Part shown: positions 1 to 9,254 of the stretch, piece by piece
Layout of the letters: each line of letters starts with the position of its first letter
How positions within the stretch are numbered: the stretch's first letter is position 1
Assembly (NCBI GenBank): GCA_963796055.1
Contig: CAWCKH010000004.1
Span: 1,088,001-1,152,000, forward strand
Direction of reading: 5' to 3'
Length of the DNA stretch: 64,000 bases
Source of the DNA: an uncultured delta proteobacterium
GTDB lineage: Bacteria > Myxococcota > Myxococcia > Myxococcales > Myxococcaceae
Notes under the pieces: generated by a model
Seen by the model: only the letters and a program-made list of their open reading frames with translations
The model's database searches: none
What the model was told of the DNA's origin: nothing
Program-made: the position numbers and the translations under genes

Positions 1-2798
1 CCCGACCGGGACAGCTCGTCCAGCGCGTCGAGCAGCGCCGGGCCGGACACCTGGCCCCTCGCCAGCGCCCCCAGCTCGGAGCCGATGAGCGTCGCCTTCC
101 CCACACCGAGAAGCTCCCCCGCGGGGTCGTTGGCCCACAGGATCCGGAAACCGTCGTCGAGCAGCAGCACCGGGCTGGGGAACAGCGACAGCGGCGCGAC
201 CTGTTCCGCGTCGAGCCGGGCCGGGCCGCGCACCACCGGGGCGAGGCTGATCACCGCGCCCCCGATGACGTGATCCACCGTCCGGTAAGGCCGGACCCGC
301 AGCTCGAACCACCGCCCGTCGGCGGCAAGCACCCCCTGCTGCGCGGGGACCAGCCGGTCGATGACCTGACGGCACACGCGTTCGAGGTCCACCGAGGGGA
401 AGAACGGCCGGAGGATGGACACCGGCCGGTTGACGTCCTCGCCGGAGAGCCCGAACGCGCTCTCGGCCGCGTCGGTCACCCGGCGGAGCCGCAGGTCCAT
501 GCCCACCATCAGCACCGGGAGGTCCACCGCGGAGAGGAGATTCAGCAGGTCGTCGTTGCTGACCGAGAGCTCCTCCATCCGGTTCTGCAGCTCGTCGTTG
601 ACCGTGGTCAGCTCCTCGTTGGTACTCTGCAGCTCCTCCTTGGAGGTCTCCAGCTCCTCGTTGCTGCTCTGCAGCTCCTCGTTGGAGGATTGCAGCTCCT
701 CGTTGGCGCTCTTCAGCTCCTCGTTGGACGTCTCCAGCTCCTCGACCGCCGACTGGAGGAACTGCTTGGTGCTGGCCAGCTCGTGCTCCAGGGCCTCGGT
801 GCGGCCGCCCTCGGAGGTGGGTTGGGAGGGGAGAATGGGGTCCTCCGCGTTCCGGTCCTGTTCGTCTTCCCGGAACAGGACCAGCAGGCTGCGGGTGTTG
901 GTCTCGGGATCGCGCAGCGGGTGCACCTCGATGGAGACCAGCCTGTTCTGCTCGCTGCCGGGCAGGAGGATGGCCCGGCCGGAGATGGGCACGTTTTCTT
1001 GCAGTGCCCGTCCGGTGGTGTTGCGCAGCTCCAGATGCAGCTCGGGGCGGGCGAGCTTGAGCAGATTCAGGGTGGCCGTCCCGGGTTGGGGCTCGAAGTA
1101 CGGTCCGGTGCGCCCGCGGAACTGGAGGATGTCCAGGTGCTCGTTGACCAGGACCCCCGCCGGACCGAAGCGGTCGAGGACCTTGCGGTCCGCGAGCTGC
1201 TGGAGGTTCGCCAGCGGCCGTAGCGGATCGGGCGGCGAGGCGCGCAGGGCACGGGAGTCCCGCAGGGTGACGCCGTCGAGCTCGAACACCCCGGAGCTGG
1301 CGACGCTCTTCTTCACGTAGATGCGGTTCTTCTTGTCCAGCAAGGCGAAGAGCTCGGGGTTGTCGGACACCGTCTCGCTCGAGCCGAGCATGAGGAAGCC
1401 TTCCGGCAACAGGGAGTAGTGGAGCACCCGGAGCACCCGCTTCTGCAGCGGCGGCTGGAGGTAGATGAGGAGGTTCCGGCAGGTGCAGAGGTCCAGGCGG
1501 GAGAACGGCGCGTCACGGGTGAGATCGTGGACCGCGAAGATCACCATTTCCCGCAGCGTCTTCCCCACCTCGTAGCCGGTGTCGCGCTTCTGGAAGTAGC
1601 GCCGGAGCCGCTCCTCCGAGACGTCGGCGGCGATGGTCTTGGGGTACACCCCCACCCGGGCCCGGGCGATCGCCTCGTCGTCCAGGTCGGTGGCGAAGAT
1701 CTGCAGCCGAAATTCCTGGGCACGGTCGCCGAGCGTCTCCAGCAGGCAGATGCCGATGCTGTACGCCTCCTCGCCGGTGGAGCAGCCCGGGACCCAGATC
1801 CGGATCGACTCCCCGGGCTTCTTTCGCTCCAGCAGACGGGGAAACACCAGATCTTCGAGGGCCTGGAACGGCTCGCCGTCGCGGAAGAAGCTGGTGACGT
1901 TGATCAGGAGATCCCGGTAGAGCGTCTTCAGCTCGGCCGGTTGCGCCTGGACCAGCCGGAGGTAGTCGTCGAACCGTTCGACCTTGTTCAGCGCCATCCG
2001 CCGCTCGATGCGCCGCTGGACGGTGGCGTACTTGTAGAGTGACACGTCGGTCCCGAACGCCGAGCGCAGCAGGATGAAGAGCTTCTTCCGGGACTCGTCC
2101 TCCTCGGGGGGAATCGCCCCGCGCGCGACGTAGGGGTGGCGGCTGATGCGGACGATCTCCTGGGCGATCTCGTGTGGCGGGAGCACCGCGTCGGCGCCCA
2201 CCGCGGCTGCCGACGGCATCCCCTGGAACCGGGCGGTCGCCGGATCCTGGGCGAAGGTGAGCCCCCCCGCCTCGCGGATCTCTTGAAGCCCCCGCATTCC
2301 GTCCACGCCCGTCCCGGAGAGCACCACGCCCATGCACCGCGCGCCGCAATCCGCGGCCAGCGAGTGGAAGAAGAAGTCCACCGGCTGCACCGCGGAGCGC
2401 CCTCCCGCCGAAGGCAGGTCCATCAGGTGCAGCCGACCCTGGTACATGGCGAGGTTCGAGCCGGGCGGGATGACGTAGATGTGGTCCCGCTCGACCCGCA
2501 TTCCTTCCGAAGCCTGGAGGACCGGGAGCTGGGTCGCCCGGCCGAGGATGGCGGGGAGATGGCTCTCCTTCTCCGGGGACAGATGCTGGACGATGACGAA
2601 CGCCATCCCGGTGGGACCGAGGCGGCCCACCAGGCTCTCCAGCGCCTCGAGGCCACCCGCCGAGGCTCCGACGCCGACCACGGGGAAGAAGGCGCCGGAG
2701 ACGACCGCCGGGTCCTCCGCGGGGAGCTGCACCGACCCAAGCCCGTCGGCCGGAGGGTCGGCGGGCGGGGCCTCTGGCTCCTTCTCCAGCTCGTTCAT
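1..2798 (-). CDS. CheB methylesterase-CheR methyltransferase fusion with coiled coil and PAS domains (3' end runs off window)
   Basis: Absent from the ORF track because there is no stop in the window; translated by hand from ATG 2798. Motifs: VVGVGASAGGLEAL, VIVQHL, VVLSGTGVDG (CheB); INVTSFFRD, RIWVPGCSTGEEAYS, CRNLLIY (CheR); repeated EELQSSNEEL coiled coil; PAS-like C-terminus. Confidence 0.93.
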   Translation of the reverse strand, partial: MNELEKEPEAPPADPPADGLGSVQLPAEDPAVVSGAFFPVVGVGASAGGLEALESLVGRLGPTGMAFVIVQHLSPEKESHLPAILGRATQLPVLQASEGMRVERDHIYVIPPGSNLAMYQGRLHLMDLPSAGGRSAVQPVDFFFHSLAADCGARCMGVVLSGTGVDGMRGLQEIREAGGLTFAQDPATARFQGMPSAAAVGADAVLPPHEIAQEIVRISRHPYVARGAIPPEEDESRKKLFILLRSAFGTDVSLYKYATVQRRIERRMALNKVERFDDYLRLVQAQPAELKTLYRDLLINVTSFFRDGEPFQALEDLVFPRLLERKKPGESIRIWVPGCSTGEEAYSIGICLLETLGDRAQEFRLQIFATDLDDEAIARARVGVYPKTIAADVSEERLRRYFQKRDTGYEVGKTLREMVIFAVHDLTRDAPFSRLDLCTCRNLLIYLQPPLQKRVLRVLHYSLLPEGFLMLGSSETVSDNPELFALLDKKNRIYVKKSVASSGVFELDGVTLRDSRALRASPPDPLRPLANLQQLADRKVLDRFGPAGVLVNEHLDILQFRGRTGPYFEPQPGTATLNLLKLARPELHLELRNTTGRALQENVPISGRAILLPGSEQNRLVSIEVHPLRDPETNTRSLLVLFREDEQDRNAEDPILPSQPTSEGGRTEALEHELASTKQFLQSAVEELETSNEELKSANEELQSSNEELQSSNEELETSKEELQSTNEELTTVNDELQNRMEELSVSNDDLLNLLSAVDLPVLMVGMDLRLRRVTDAAESAFGLSGEDVNRPVSILRPFFPSVDLERVCRQVIDRLVPAQQGVLAADGRWFELRVRPYRTVDHVIGGAVISLAPVVRGPARLDAEQVAPLSLFPSPVLLLDDGFRILWANDPAGELLGVGKATLIGSELGALARGQVSGPALLDALDELSRS

Positions 2799-2926
2799 CG
2801 ACAGCCCCCGTGACCGACAGTCCCGGGTCCCACCGGGGAAGTCAACTGGGCGGCGTCGCTGTCCAGGCGCCGGTGCCAGTTCATGCCCTGGGCCCATGCT
2901 CCCTCGGGAGGCGGGGCGGGATCCGC

Positions 2927-3384
2927 GTTCATCGCGCCATCGTGGGGATCGGCACGTCCGCCGGCGGAGTGGCCGCTCTGCGCGAGCTCGTCGCTGCCTC
3001 GCCCCCTGAGTTGTCGGCGGCGGGGTTCGCGGTCCTGCACTCGGCGGCCGAGCACGGGAGCAAGCTGGCCGAGCTGACGCTCCAGCACGACGTCCTCCGC
3101 GTCACCCGCAGACCGAAGGAGGATGGGCACCGACCCGGCGGTGGATCCGCTCTTCCGGACCGCGGCCCATGTATCGTTCCCCCGCCATGCCCCTCAGCGC
3201 CCGCGCGCACGTGGAGGTGGATCGGCTGGCGGCCAGAGGTGACCGCGTTCTGGGCTGGCCGTTCCGCGAGAAGGCGGCGGCGCTGCGCCAGCACGCCGGG
3301 CTCCTCCAGGACCTGCTGCTGCACGGGACGACACTCGACCGGGAGGACCTGGCACTGCTCGACGGTCAGTGGGTGCCCGGGTGA
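2927..3384 (+). pseudogene. Collapsed relic of a stand-alone CheB-type methylesterase
   Basis: Successive CheB segments across three frames: IVGIGTSAGGVAALRELV..AVLH; VLRVTRRPKEDGHRP; then (+1 at CCC 3134-3136) AVDPLFRTAA; then PAMPLSARAHVEVD and a helical tail. The intervening segments, including the catalytic-Asp region, are missing. Confidence 0.75.
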
Positions 3385-3749
3385 CGGGCGGGCCCGAGAC
3401 CGTGCTCCTGGTCGAGGACGGGCCGGACCTGGGGCCCCTGCTCCGGGACACGCTCGAGGAGTGGAACCGGCGGGTCGTGCTCGCCACCACCGGCGGCGAG
3501 GCGCTGGAGGTGCTCGCCCGCGAGCCCGTGTCCCTCGTCCTGCTGGATCACGAGCTCCCCGACATGTCGGCGGGGGAGCTCGTCTCTCGACTTCGCGCGG
3601 AGCAACGGCAGATTCCACCGCTGGTCCTGATGAGCGCCCACCGGTCGCTCCGGGGCGAGCACTGGCCGGAGCTGGTGGAGCTGTTGCAGAAGCCGTTCGA
3701 GCTGTCCGAGCTCGCGGCGCTCCTGGAGCGGCATCTCCCTAGGCGCTGA
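3381..3749 (+). CDS. Single-domain response regulator (receiver)
   Basis: VLLVEDG, LVLLDHELP, LMSA and KPF motifs; GTG start overlaps the upstream TGA (GTGA 3381-3384). Confidence 0.85.
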   Translation: MTGGPETVLLVEDGPDLGPLLRDTLEEWNRRVVLATTGGEALEVLAREPVSLVLLDHELPDMSAGELVSRLRAEQRQIPPLVLMSAHRSLRGEHWPELVELLQKPFELSELAALLERHLPRR

Positions 3750-3770
3750 GCGCGGGGCGCGTTTGCGACG

Positions 3771-3820
3771 CAGCACAGCACAGCCGCTGTTCAACCTCTT
3801 TTCATGGCAACTGTACTGGT
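3771..3820. promoter_or_regulatory. Putative MocR-family operator (CAGCACAG repeats plus inverted CTGTACTG)
   Basis: CAGCACAGCACAG at 3771-3783 and CTGTACTG at 3811-3818 (reverse complement CAGTACAG), 60-110 bp upstream of the MocR gene. A direct plus inverted repeat layout is typical for MocR regulators. Confidence 0.4.
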
Positions 3821-3880
3821 AGCCCGGGCGGGTCGCCGATAGTTAGGCAGCCTCATCCGACACCCCAGGAGGAGTTCCTC

Positions 3881-5347
3881 ATGGCCGTCGCACGCGCTCA
3901 CAAACCGCTCCTGTTCGAGAAGGTGGCAGCGCGCATGCGCGACGCCATCCACGCGGGCATCCTCGCCGCGGGGGACCGCCTTCCCTCCGTCCGGGAGCTG
4001 AGCCAGCAGGAGAGGGTCAGCATCTCCACCGTCCTGCAGGCCTACCAGCAGCTCGAGGCCTGGGACCTGGTGGAGGCCAAGCCCCAGTCCGGGCACTACG
4101 TCCGGCTCCTCCGCCGTCCTCCCGTTCCCGAGCCCCCGGTGAGCCGGCCCCCGGCGTCGGCGCGCGAGCCCAGCGTCGTCGAGCTGGTCCGGCGCATGTA
4201 CCTGGCCGCGGGCAACGAGCGCATCGTCAACCTCGGCTCGGCGCGCCCCCACTCGAAGCTGCTGCCGACCCGGAAGCTCTCCCGGCTGATCGCCGCGCTG
4301 GCCCGGGAGGCCGGTGGCGTCGGCACCGAGTACGACATGCCGCCCGGCTGGCCCGCGCTGCGCCAGCAGCTCGCTCGCCGGTCGCTGGCCTGGGGCTGCC
4401 AGCTCGGGCCGGACGACTTCGTCACCACCATCGGGGCGGCCGAGGCGGTCCACCTGAGCCTGCTGGCCACCTGCTGCCGCGGCGACATCGTCGCCATCGA
4501 GTCGCCGGCGTACTACGGCACCTTGCAAGTCCTGGAGATGCTCGAGCTCCGGGCGCTGGAGATGCCCACCCACCCCCGCGAGGGCATGCAGCTCGACGCC
4601 CTCGAGGCGGCGATGAAGAAGCAGCCCATCAAGGCGGTGCTCGTGGTCACCAACTTCTCCAACCCGCTCGGCGGCTGCATGCCGGACGAGAAGAAGGAAG
4701 CGCTGGTCCGGATCTGCGAGCGGGCCGGGGTGCCGCTCATCGAGGACGACATCTACGGCGACCTCTACTTCGGGCCGGCGCGGCCGCGGGCGGCGAAGAG
4801 CTTCGACCGGTCGGGCAACGTGCTGTACTGCTCGAGCTTCTCCAAGACCCTGGCCGCCGGGTTCCGGGTCGGCTGGGCGGCCCCGGGCCGGTTCCGCGAG
4901 CGGTTGGAGCTGCTGAAGTTCGCCCAGACCGTGGCCACCCCCACCTTGCCCCAGATGGCCATCGCCGAGTTCCTGCAGCAGGGCGGCTACGACCGCTTCC
5001 TGCGCTCGCTCCGGCGCGAGCTGTCGAAGCAGATGGAGCACATGCGCAACATGGTCTGCAGCAGCTTCCCCGAGGGCACGCGGATGACTCGCCCCGAGGG
5101 AGGCGCCATCCTCTGGGTGCAGATGCCGGCCAGCATCGACGCTCTGAAGCTGCACGAGGAGGCGCTCCGGCGAGGGATCAGCGTCGCGCCCGGACCCATC
5201 TTCTCGTCCACCGGTCGTTACCGGAGCTGCATCCGGGTCAACACCGGGAACCCAGACCTCGAGCAGGTCGAGGCGGCAGTGAGGACCTTGGGGCAGATCG
5301 CCCACCGCCTCGCCGAGTCCGCGCCGCGGCTACAGAAGACCGCCTGA
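3881..5347 (+). CDS. MocR/GntR-family regulator with PLP-dependent aminotransferase-like domain
   Basis: N-terminal wHTH (GDRLPSVRELSQQERVSISTVLQAY), IEDDIY and SSFSKTLAAGFRVGW; RBS GGAGGAG. Confidence 0.93.
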   Translation: MAVARAHKPLLFEKVAARMRDAIHAGILAAGDRLPSVRELSQQERVSISTVLQAYQQLEAWDLVEAKPQSGHYVRLLRRPPVPEPPVSRPPASAREPSVVELVRRMYLAAGNERIVNLGSARPHSKLLPTRKLSRLIAALAREAGGVGTEYDMPPGWPALRQQLARRSLAWGCQLGPDDFVTTIGAAEAVHLSLLATCCRGDIVAIESPAYYGTLQVLEMLELRALEMPTHPREGMQLDALEAAMKKQPIKAVLVVTNFSNPLGGCMPDEKKEALVRICERAGVPLIEDDIYGDLYFGPARPRAAKSFDRSGNVLYCSSFSKTLAAGFRVGWAAPGRFRERLELLKFAQTVATPTLPQMAIAEFLQQGGYDRFLRSLRRELSKQMEHMRNMVCSSFPEGTRMTRPEGGAILWVQMPASIDALKLHEEALRRGISVAPGPIFSSTGRYRSCIRVNTGNPDLEQVEAAVRTLGQIAHRLAESAPRLQKTA

Positions 5348-5450
5348 GCGCCCTCCACGCTGCACGGGACGTCCCCGGGACCCTCGGGGACGCGAACGTG
5401 CCCCGGGAAGGTTACGCTCGTCGCCCGATGACCTTCGGCCGGAGCGCGGT

Positions 5451-6140
5451 GTGACCACCGGGACCGGGACCCTTCCGCGAAGGGCGAGCTTCTGGAGTCC
5501 CCACCGCGCCCTGGGCCGTCTCCTGCTCGCGGTCGCGGTCGGGGGCATCGTCGCGGTGGTCATCCCGGGCACGGCGGGAGGCCCGCTGCGCACCGTGGCC
5601 GCCTGGGACGCCGGGGCCTTGATCCTCCTGGCCCTGGTCTGGCGGATCATCCTCTCCTCCAGTCCGGAAGACACCGCCCGGCGGGCCGCCGGCGAGGACG
5701 TGGGCCGGCGCTTCGTCTGGGCGGCGGTGGTCCTCGGGAGCACCGTCAGCGTCTTCGCCGCCAACGTGGCGCTCCGGAACGCCCGGGTGATGGCTCCGCG
5801 GGCGCAGAGCGAGCTGACCCTGCTCTGCCTTCTCGCCGTCGCCACCGCCTGGTGCCTGTGCCACACCACGTACACCATGCACTACGCGCACCTGTACTAC
5901 CGGGACGACGGCGACCTGGGAGGCCTGGGCTTTCCCGGGACCGAGATGCCTTCCCTGCTCGACTTCGCCTACTACGCCTTCACCATCGGGATGTGCTTCC
6001 AGGTGTCGGACGTGACGGTGACCCAGCACCGCATGCGGCAGGCGACCCTGGGGCACGCGGTGCTGTCGTTCGCCTTCAACACCGCGGTGCTGGCGCTGGC
6101 GCTCAACCTCCTCTTCGGCCAGCTGACGCCGGCGGGGTAG
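5451..6140 (+). CDS. DUF1345 membrane protein
   Basis: HYAHLYY, DFAYYAFTIGMCFQVSDV and HAVLSFAFNTAVLALALN signature segments; multiple TM helices. Confidence 0.85.
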   Translation: MTTGTGTLPRRASFWSPHRALGRLLLAVAVGGIVAVVIPGTAGGPLRTVAAWDAGALILLALVWRIILSSSPEDTARRAAGEDVGRRFVWAAVVLGSTVSVFAANVALRNARVMAPRAQSELTLLCLLAVATAWCLCHTTYTMHYAHLYYRDDGDLGGLGFPGTEMPSLLDFAYYAFTIGMCFQVSDVTVTQHRMRQATLGHAVLSFAFNTAVLALALNLLFGQLTPAG

Positions 6141-6227
6141 AGGCGCGCCCCGGCGCCGCAGGGGACGGTCGAACCACCGCGGCGAATGGTGCAATGGTGG
6201 GGTGTACCCTCCGTCGCGGGAACACCC

Positions 6228-7562
6228 ATGACCGCCCTGCTCGCCGCCCTCGTGCTCGCCGCCTCGCCTCCGCTGGTCCAGTTCGAGACCTACACCTTGC
6301 CCAACGGCCTCACCGTGGTCCTCGCCCCGGACCACCGGCTGCCCACCGTGGGCGTCAACCTCTGGTACCACGTGGGCGCCGCGAACGAGACGGCGGGCCG
6401 CAGCGGCTTCGCCCACCTGTTCGAGCACCTGATGTTCCAGGGCTCCAAGCACCGCGCCGGCAACGAGCAGGACTTCGCCGGGCTGCTCCAGTCTGCAGGC
6501 AGCTCGGAACTCAACGCCAGCACCTGGAACGACCGGACCGACTACTTCGAGACCTTGCCCGCCAACCGGCTCGAGCTCGCGCTGTGGCTGGAGAGCGAGC
6601 GGATGGCCTTCCTGCTCGACGGGCTCGACCAGGCCAAGCTCGACACCCAGCGGGAGGTGGTCCGCAACGAGCGCCGCCAGAGCGTGGAGAACACGCCCTA
6701 CGGCAAGGCCGAGGTGCGCATCGTCGAGCTGCTCTTCCCGAAGCCGCACCCTTACTACGGCGTGGTCATCGGCTCGCACGAGGACCTCCAGGCCGCCACG
6801 CTCGCCGACGTGAAGTCCTTCTTCCGTACCTTCTACGTCCCGGCCAACGCCTCGCTGGTCATCGCCGGGGACCTCGATCCCGCCCAGGCGCGTGCGCTGG
6901 TGGAGAAGTACTTCGGGCCCATCCCCCGCTCGCCGAAGCCGCCCGCTCCCACCGTGCAGACGGTCCCCGTCACGCGGCAGGTACGGGAGACCCTCACCGA
7001 CGACGTGCAGCTGTCGCGCATCTTCGTCGGGGTCATCGCCCCGCCCGCCTGGACCGACGAGGGCTTCGCCTACGACGTGGTCCAGGAGATCCTCGCCGGA
7101 GGGAAGACCAGCCGGCTGTACCGTTCGCTGGTCTTCGACCGCCAGGTGGCCCAGGAGGTGGACATGGCCACCGACAAGAGCACCTTCGGCAGCCCCTCGG
7201 AGATCCGGGTGACGGTGTCGCCCGGGCACCTCGCGGCCGAGGTGGAGACCCTGCTCGACGCCGAGGTGGACCGCCTCGCCACCGCACCGCCCACCGAGGC
7301 GGAGCTCCGCCGCGCCCAGCGGAACATCGAGGCCCGGCTCTACCGCGGCCTCGAGCGGCTGAACGGGACCGGCAGCCGGGCCGATCTCCTGAACGCCTTC
7401 CAGATGTGGCGCGGGGATGCGGGCTTCGTGAACCAGGTGGTGGCGCGGTACCGCGCGGTCACCCCGGCCCAGGTCCAGGAAAGCGCCCGCCGCGTCCTCG
7501 CCCGCGACGCCCGGGTGGTGCTCACCGTCAATCCCCCCGCCCCCACCGCCTCGGCCCGATGA
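6228..7562 (+). CDS. M16 (pitrilysin) family zinc peptidase, catalytic subunit
   Basis: SGFAHLFEHLMF (HxxEH), NAST..DRTDYF and ESERM; signal peptide from ATG 6228. Confidence 0.92.
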   Translation: MTALLAALVLAASPPLVQFETYTLPNGLTVVLAPDHRLPTVGVNLWYHVGAANETAGRSGFAHLFEHLMFQGSKHRAGNEQDFAGLLQSAGSSELNASTWNDRTDYFETLPANRLELALWLESERMAFLLDGLDQAKLDTQREVVRNERRQSVENTPYGKAEVRIVELLFPKPHPYYGVVIGSHEDLQAATLADVKSFFRTFYVPANASLVIAGDLDPAQARALVEKYFGPIPRSPKPPAPTVQTVPVTRQVRETLTDDVQLSRIFVGVIAPPAWTDEGFAYDVVQEILAGGKTSRLYRSLVFDRQVAQEVDMATDKSTFGSPSEIRVTVSPGHLAAEVETLLDAEVDRLATAPPTEAELRRAQRNIEARLYRGLERLNGTGSRADLLNAFQMWRGDAGFVNQVVARYRAVTPAQVQESARRVLARDARVVLTVNPPAPTASAR

Positions 7563-9121
7563 GCACGACTCCCATGACCTCGCTCGCGCGCCTCGCCCTC
7601 CTCGCCCCGGCCGCCCTTCTCGCCTGCGCGACCTCGAGCCCCCCCGCACCGGCGACGGCCAGCGCCTCCGCCGCGGCCCGCGCCGACGCCGGCGTGTCCG
7701 AGACCGGGACTCCGGACGCTCCGTTCCGTCAGGTGCTCCCCGAGCCCGCCGCGCCGGTGGAGTTCCAACCCCCGGTGGCGTCCGTCCAGAAGCTCAAGAA
7801 CGGGCTCACGGTCTGGATCGTCGAGCAACACCAGCTCCCGCTCGCCTCGGTGGAGCTGGTGGTCCGCGCCGGCGAGGACACCGATCCGCTGGGAAAGCCC
7901 GGCACGGCGAGCTTCGTCGCCGACATGCTGGACGAGGGCACCACCCTCCGCGACCCTCCGGCCATCGCCGCCGCGTTCGAGGACCAGGCGGCCCTGTTCC
8001 GGGCCCAGGCCGACAAGGACTCGCTGGTCGCGGCGGTGTCCTTCCCCTCCGGCTCGCTCGCCCCGGTGCTGGACGTCTTCAGTGACTGCGTGCTCCATCC
8101 GGCCTTCAAGAAGCCCGACCTGGAGCGGGTGCGCACCCTGCGGCTGGGGGACCTGGCGCAGCTGCAGGCGGACCCGGCGCAGATCGGCAGGACGGTGCTC
8201 AACCGCACCGTGTTCGGTGACAGCCATCCCTGGGCGTTCCCTCCCACCGGCACCGTCGCCTCGACCAAGGCCGCCCGGGGCGACCAGCTCGCCGCCTGGC
8301 ACCGGGCCTGGGTGCGGCCGAACAACGCGGTCCTGGTCGTCGTGGGTGACGTCCGCCCGGCGACACTGCTGACCGAGCTCGAGCGCCGCTTCGGCGGGTG
8401 GAAGGCGGCGGCGCTCCCCAGGCGGCGCTCGCTGGTGCCCGCCGCCCAGAAGGCGCCCCGGGCCGTGACCGTGGTGGACCGCCCGGGCGCGGCCCAGAGC
8501 CAGCTCTGGGTGGGTGAGCTCGGGGTGGGCGCCGGGAGTGCCGACCTCTACGCGGCGCAGGTGGCGTCCGTCGTGCTGGGCGGCGGCTTGAAGTCCCGGC
8601 TCAACGCCAATCTGCGCTCGAGCAAGGGCTACACCTACGGCGCCTACAGCTTCTTCGACGTGCGGCGCGAGCCCGGCCTGTTCATGGCCGCCGCACCGGT
8701 GGTCGCGGACAAGACGCCGGAGGCGCTCTGGGAGCTCCTGAGCGAGATCGACCGGCTGCGCGAGGGCGGCATCGACGCCACCGAGCTCGCCGACGCCAGG
8801 TCGGGCCTCATCCAGAGCCTGCCGGGAGAGTTCGACACCACCACCAGCACCGCGCGGGCCTTCGGGTGCCTGGTCTCGCTCGGGCGTCCGCCGGACTACT
8901 TCGCGCATTACGTGGAGAAGCTGCAGGCGGTTACCCTCGAGGACGTGGCCCGCGCCGCCCGCGCGCGCTTCAACGGCAAGACCCTGGCGATCGTCGTCGT
9001 CGGGCCGCTGGCCGAGCTCCGCCCTCGCCTCGAGGCCCTGGGCCTGGGTGCCATCGCAGTGCGCGACGCCACCGGCGACGCGGTGAAGGCGGCCCGCGCG
9101 GCGAAGTCCGGCCCGAACTGA
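7559..9121 (+). CDS. M16 family peptidase, non-catalytic partner subunit (lipoprotein)
   Basis: ATGA overlap with the previous gene; lipobox LLAC; lacks HxxEH; carries the LRSSKGYTYG R/Y motif of M16B partner subunits. Confidence 0.88.
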   Translation: MSTTPMTSLARLALLAPAALLACATSSPPAPATASASAAARADAGVSETGTPDAPFRQVLPEPAAPVEFQPPVASVQKLKNGLTVWIVEQHQLPLASVELVVRAGEDTDPLGKPGTASFVADMLDEGTTLRDPPAIAAAFEDQAALFRAQADKDSLVAAVSFPSGSLAPVLDVFSDCVLHPAFKKPDLERVRTLRLGDLAQLQADPAQIGRTVLNRTVFGDSHPWAFPPTGTVASTKAARGDQLAAWHRAWVRPNNAVLVVVGDVRPATLLTELERRFGGWKAAALPRRRSLVPAAQKAPRAVTVVDRPGAAQSQLWVGELGVGAGSADLYAAQVASVVLGGGLKSRLNANLRSSKGYTYGAYSFFDVRREPGLFMAAAPVVADKTPEALWELLSEIDRLREGGIDATELADARSGLIQSLPGEFDTTTSTARAFGCLVSLGRPPDYFAHYVEKLQAVTLEDVARAARARFNGKTLAIVVVGPLAELRPRLEALGLGAIAVRDATGDAVKAARAAKSGPN

Positions 9122-9254
9122 CGACCACGCCTGCTCGCTCGCCACCAGGTGGCGTCCCGCGTCATCCGCGCGCCCGAGCGCCTCATCGGTCTTGACTTCG
9201 TAATCAGTCCCGATCGAGATGCGCGGTTCCGGGGGTTCACGGAGGGGTCGTCGC

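Noticed and set aside
270..2813. Plus-strand ORFs with LLVGALQ/SSS repeats
   Set aside because: Antisense shadows of the CheB-CheR coiled-coil region.
3169..3384. Novel 71-aa small protein
   Set aside because: Better explained as the C-terminal remnant of the collapsed cheB.
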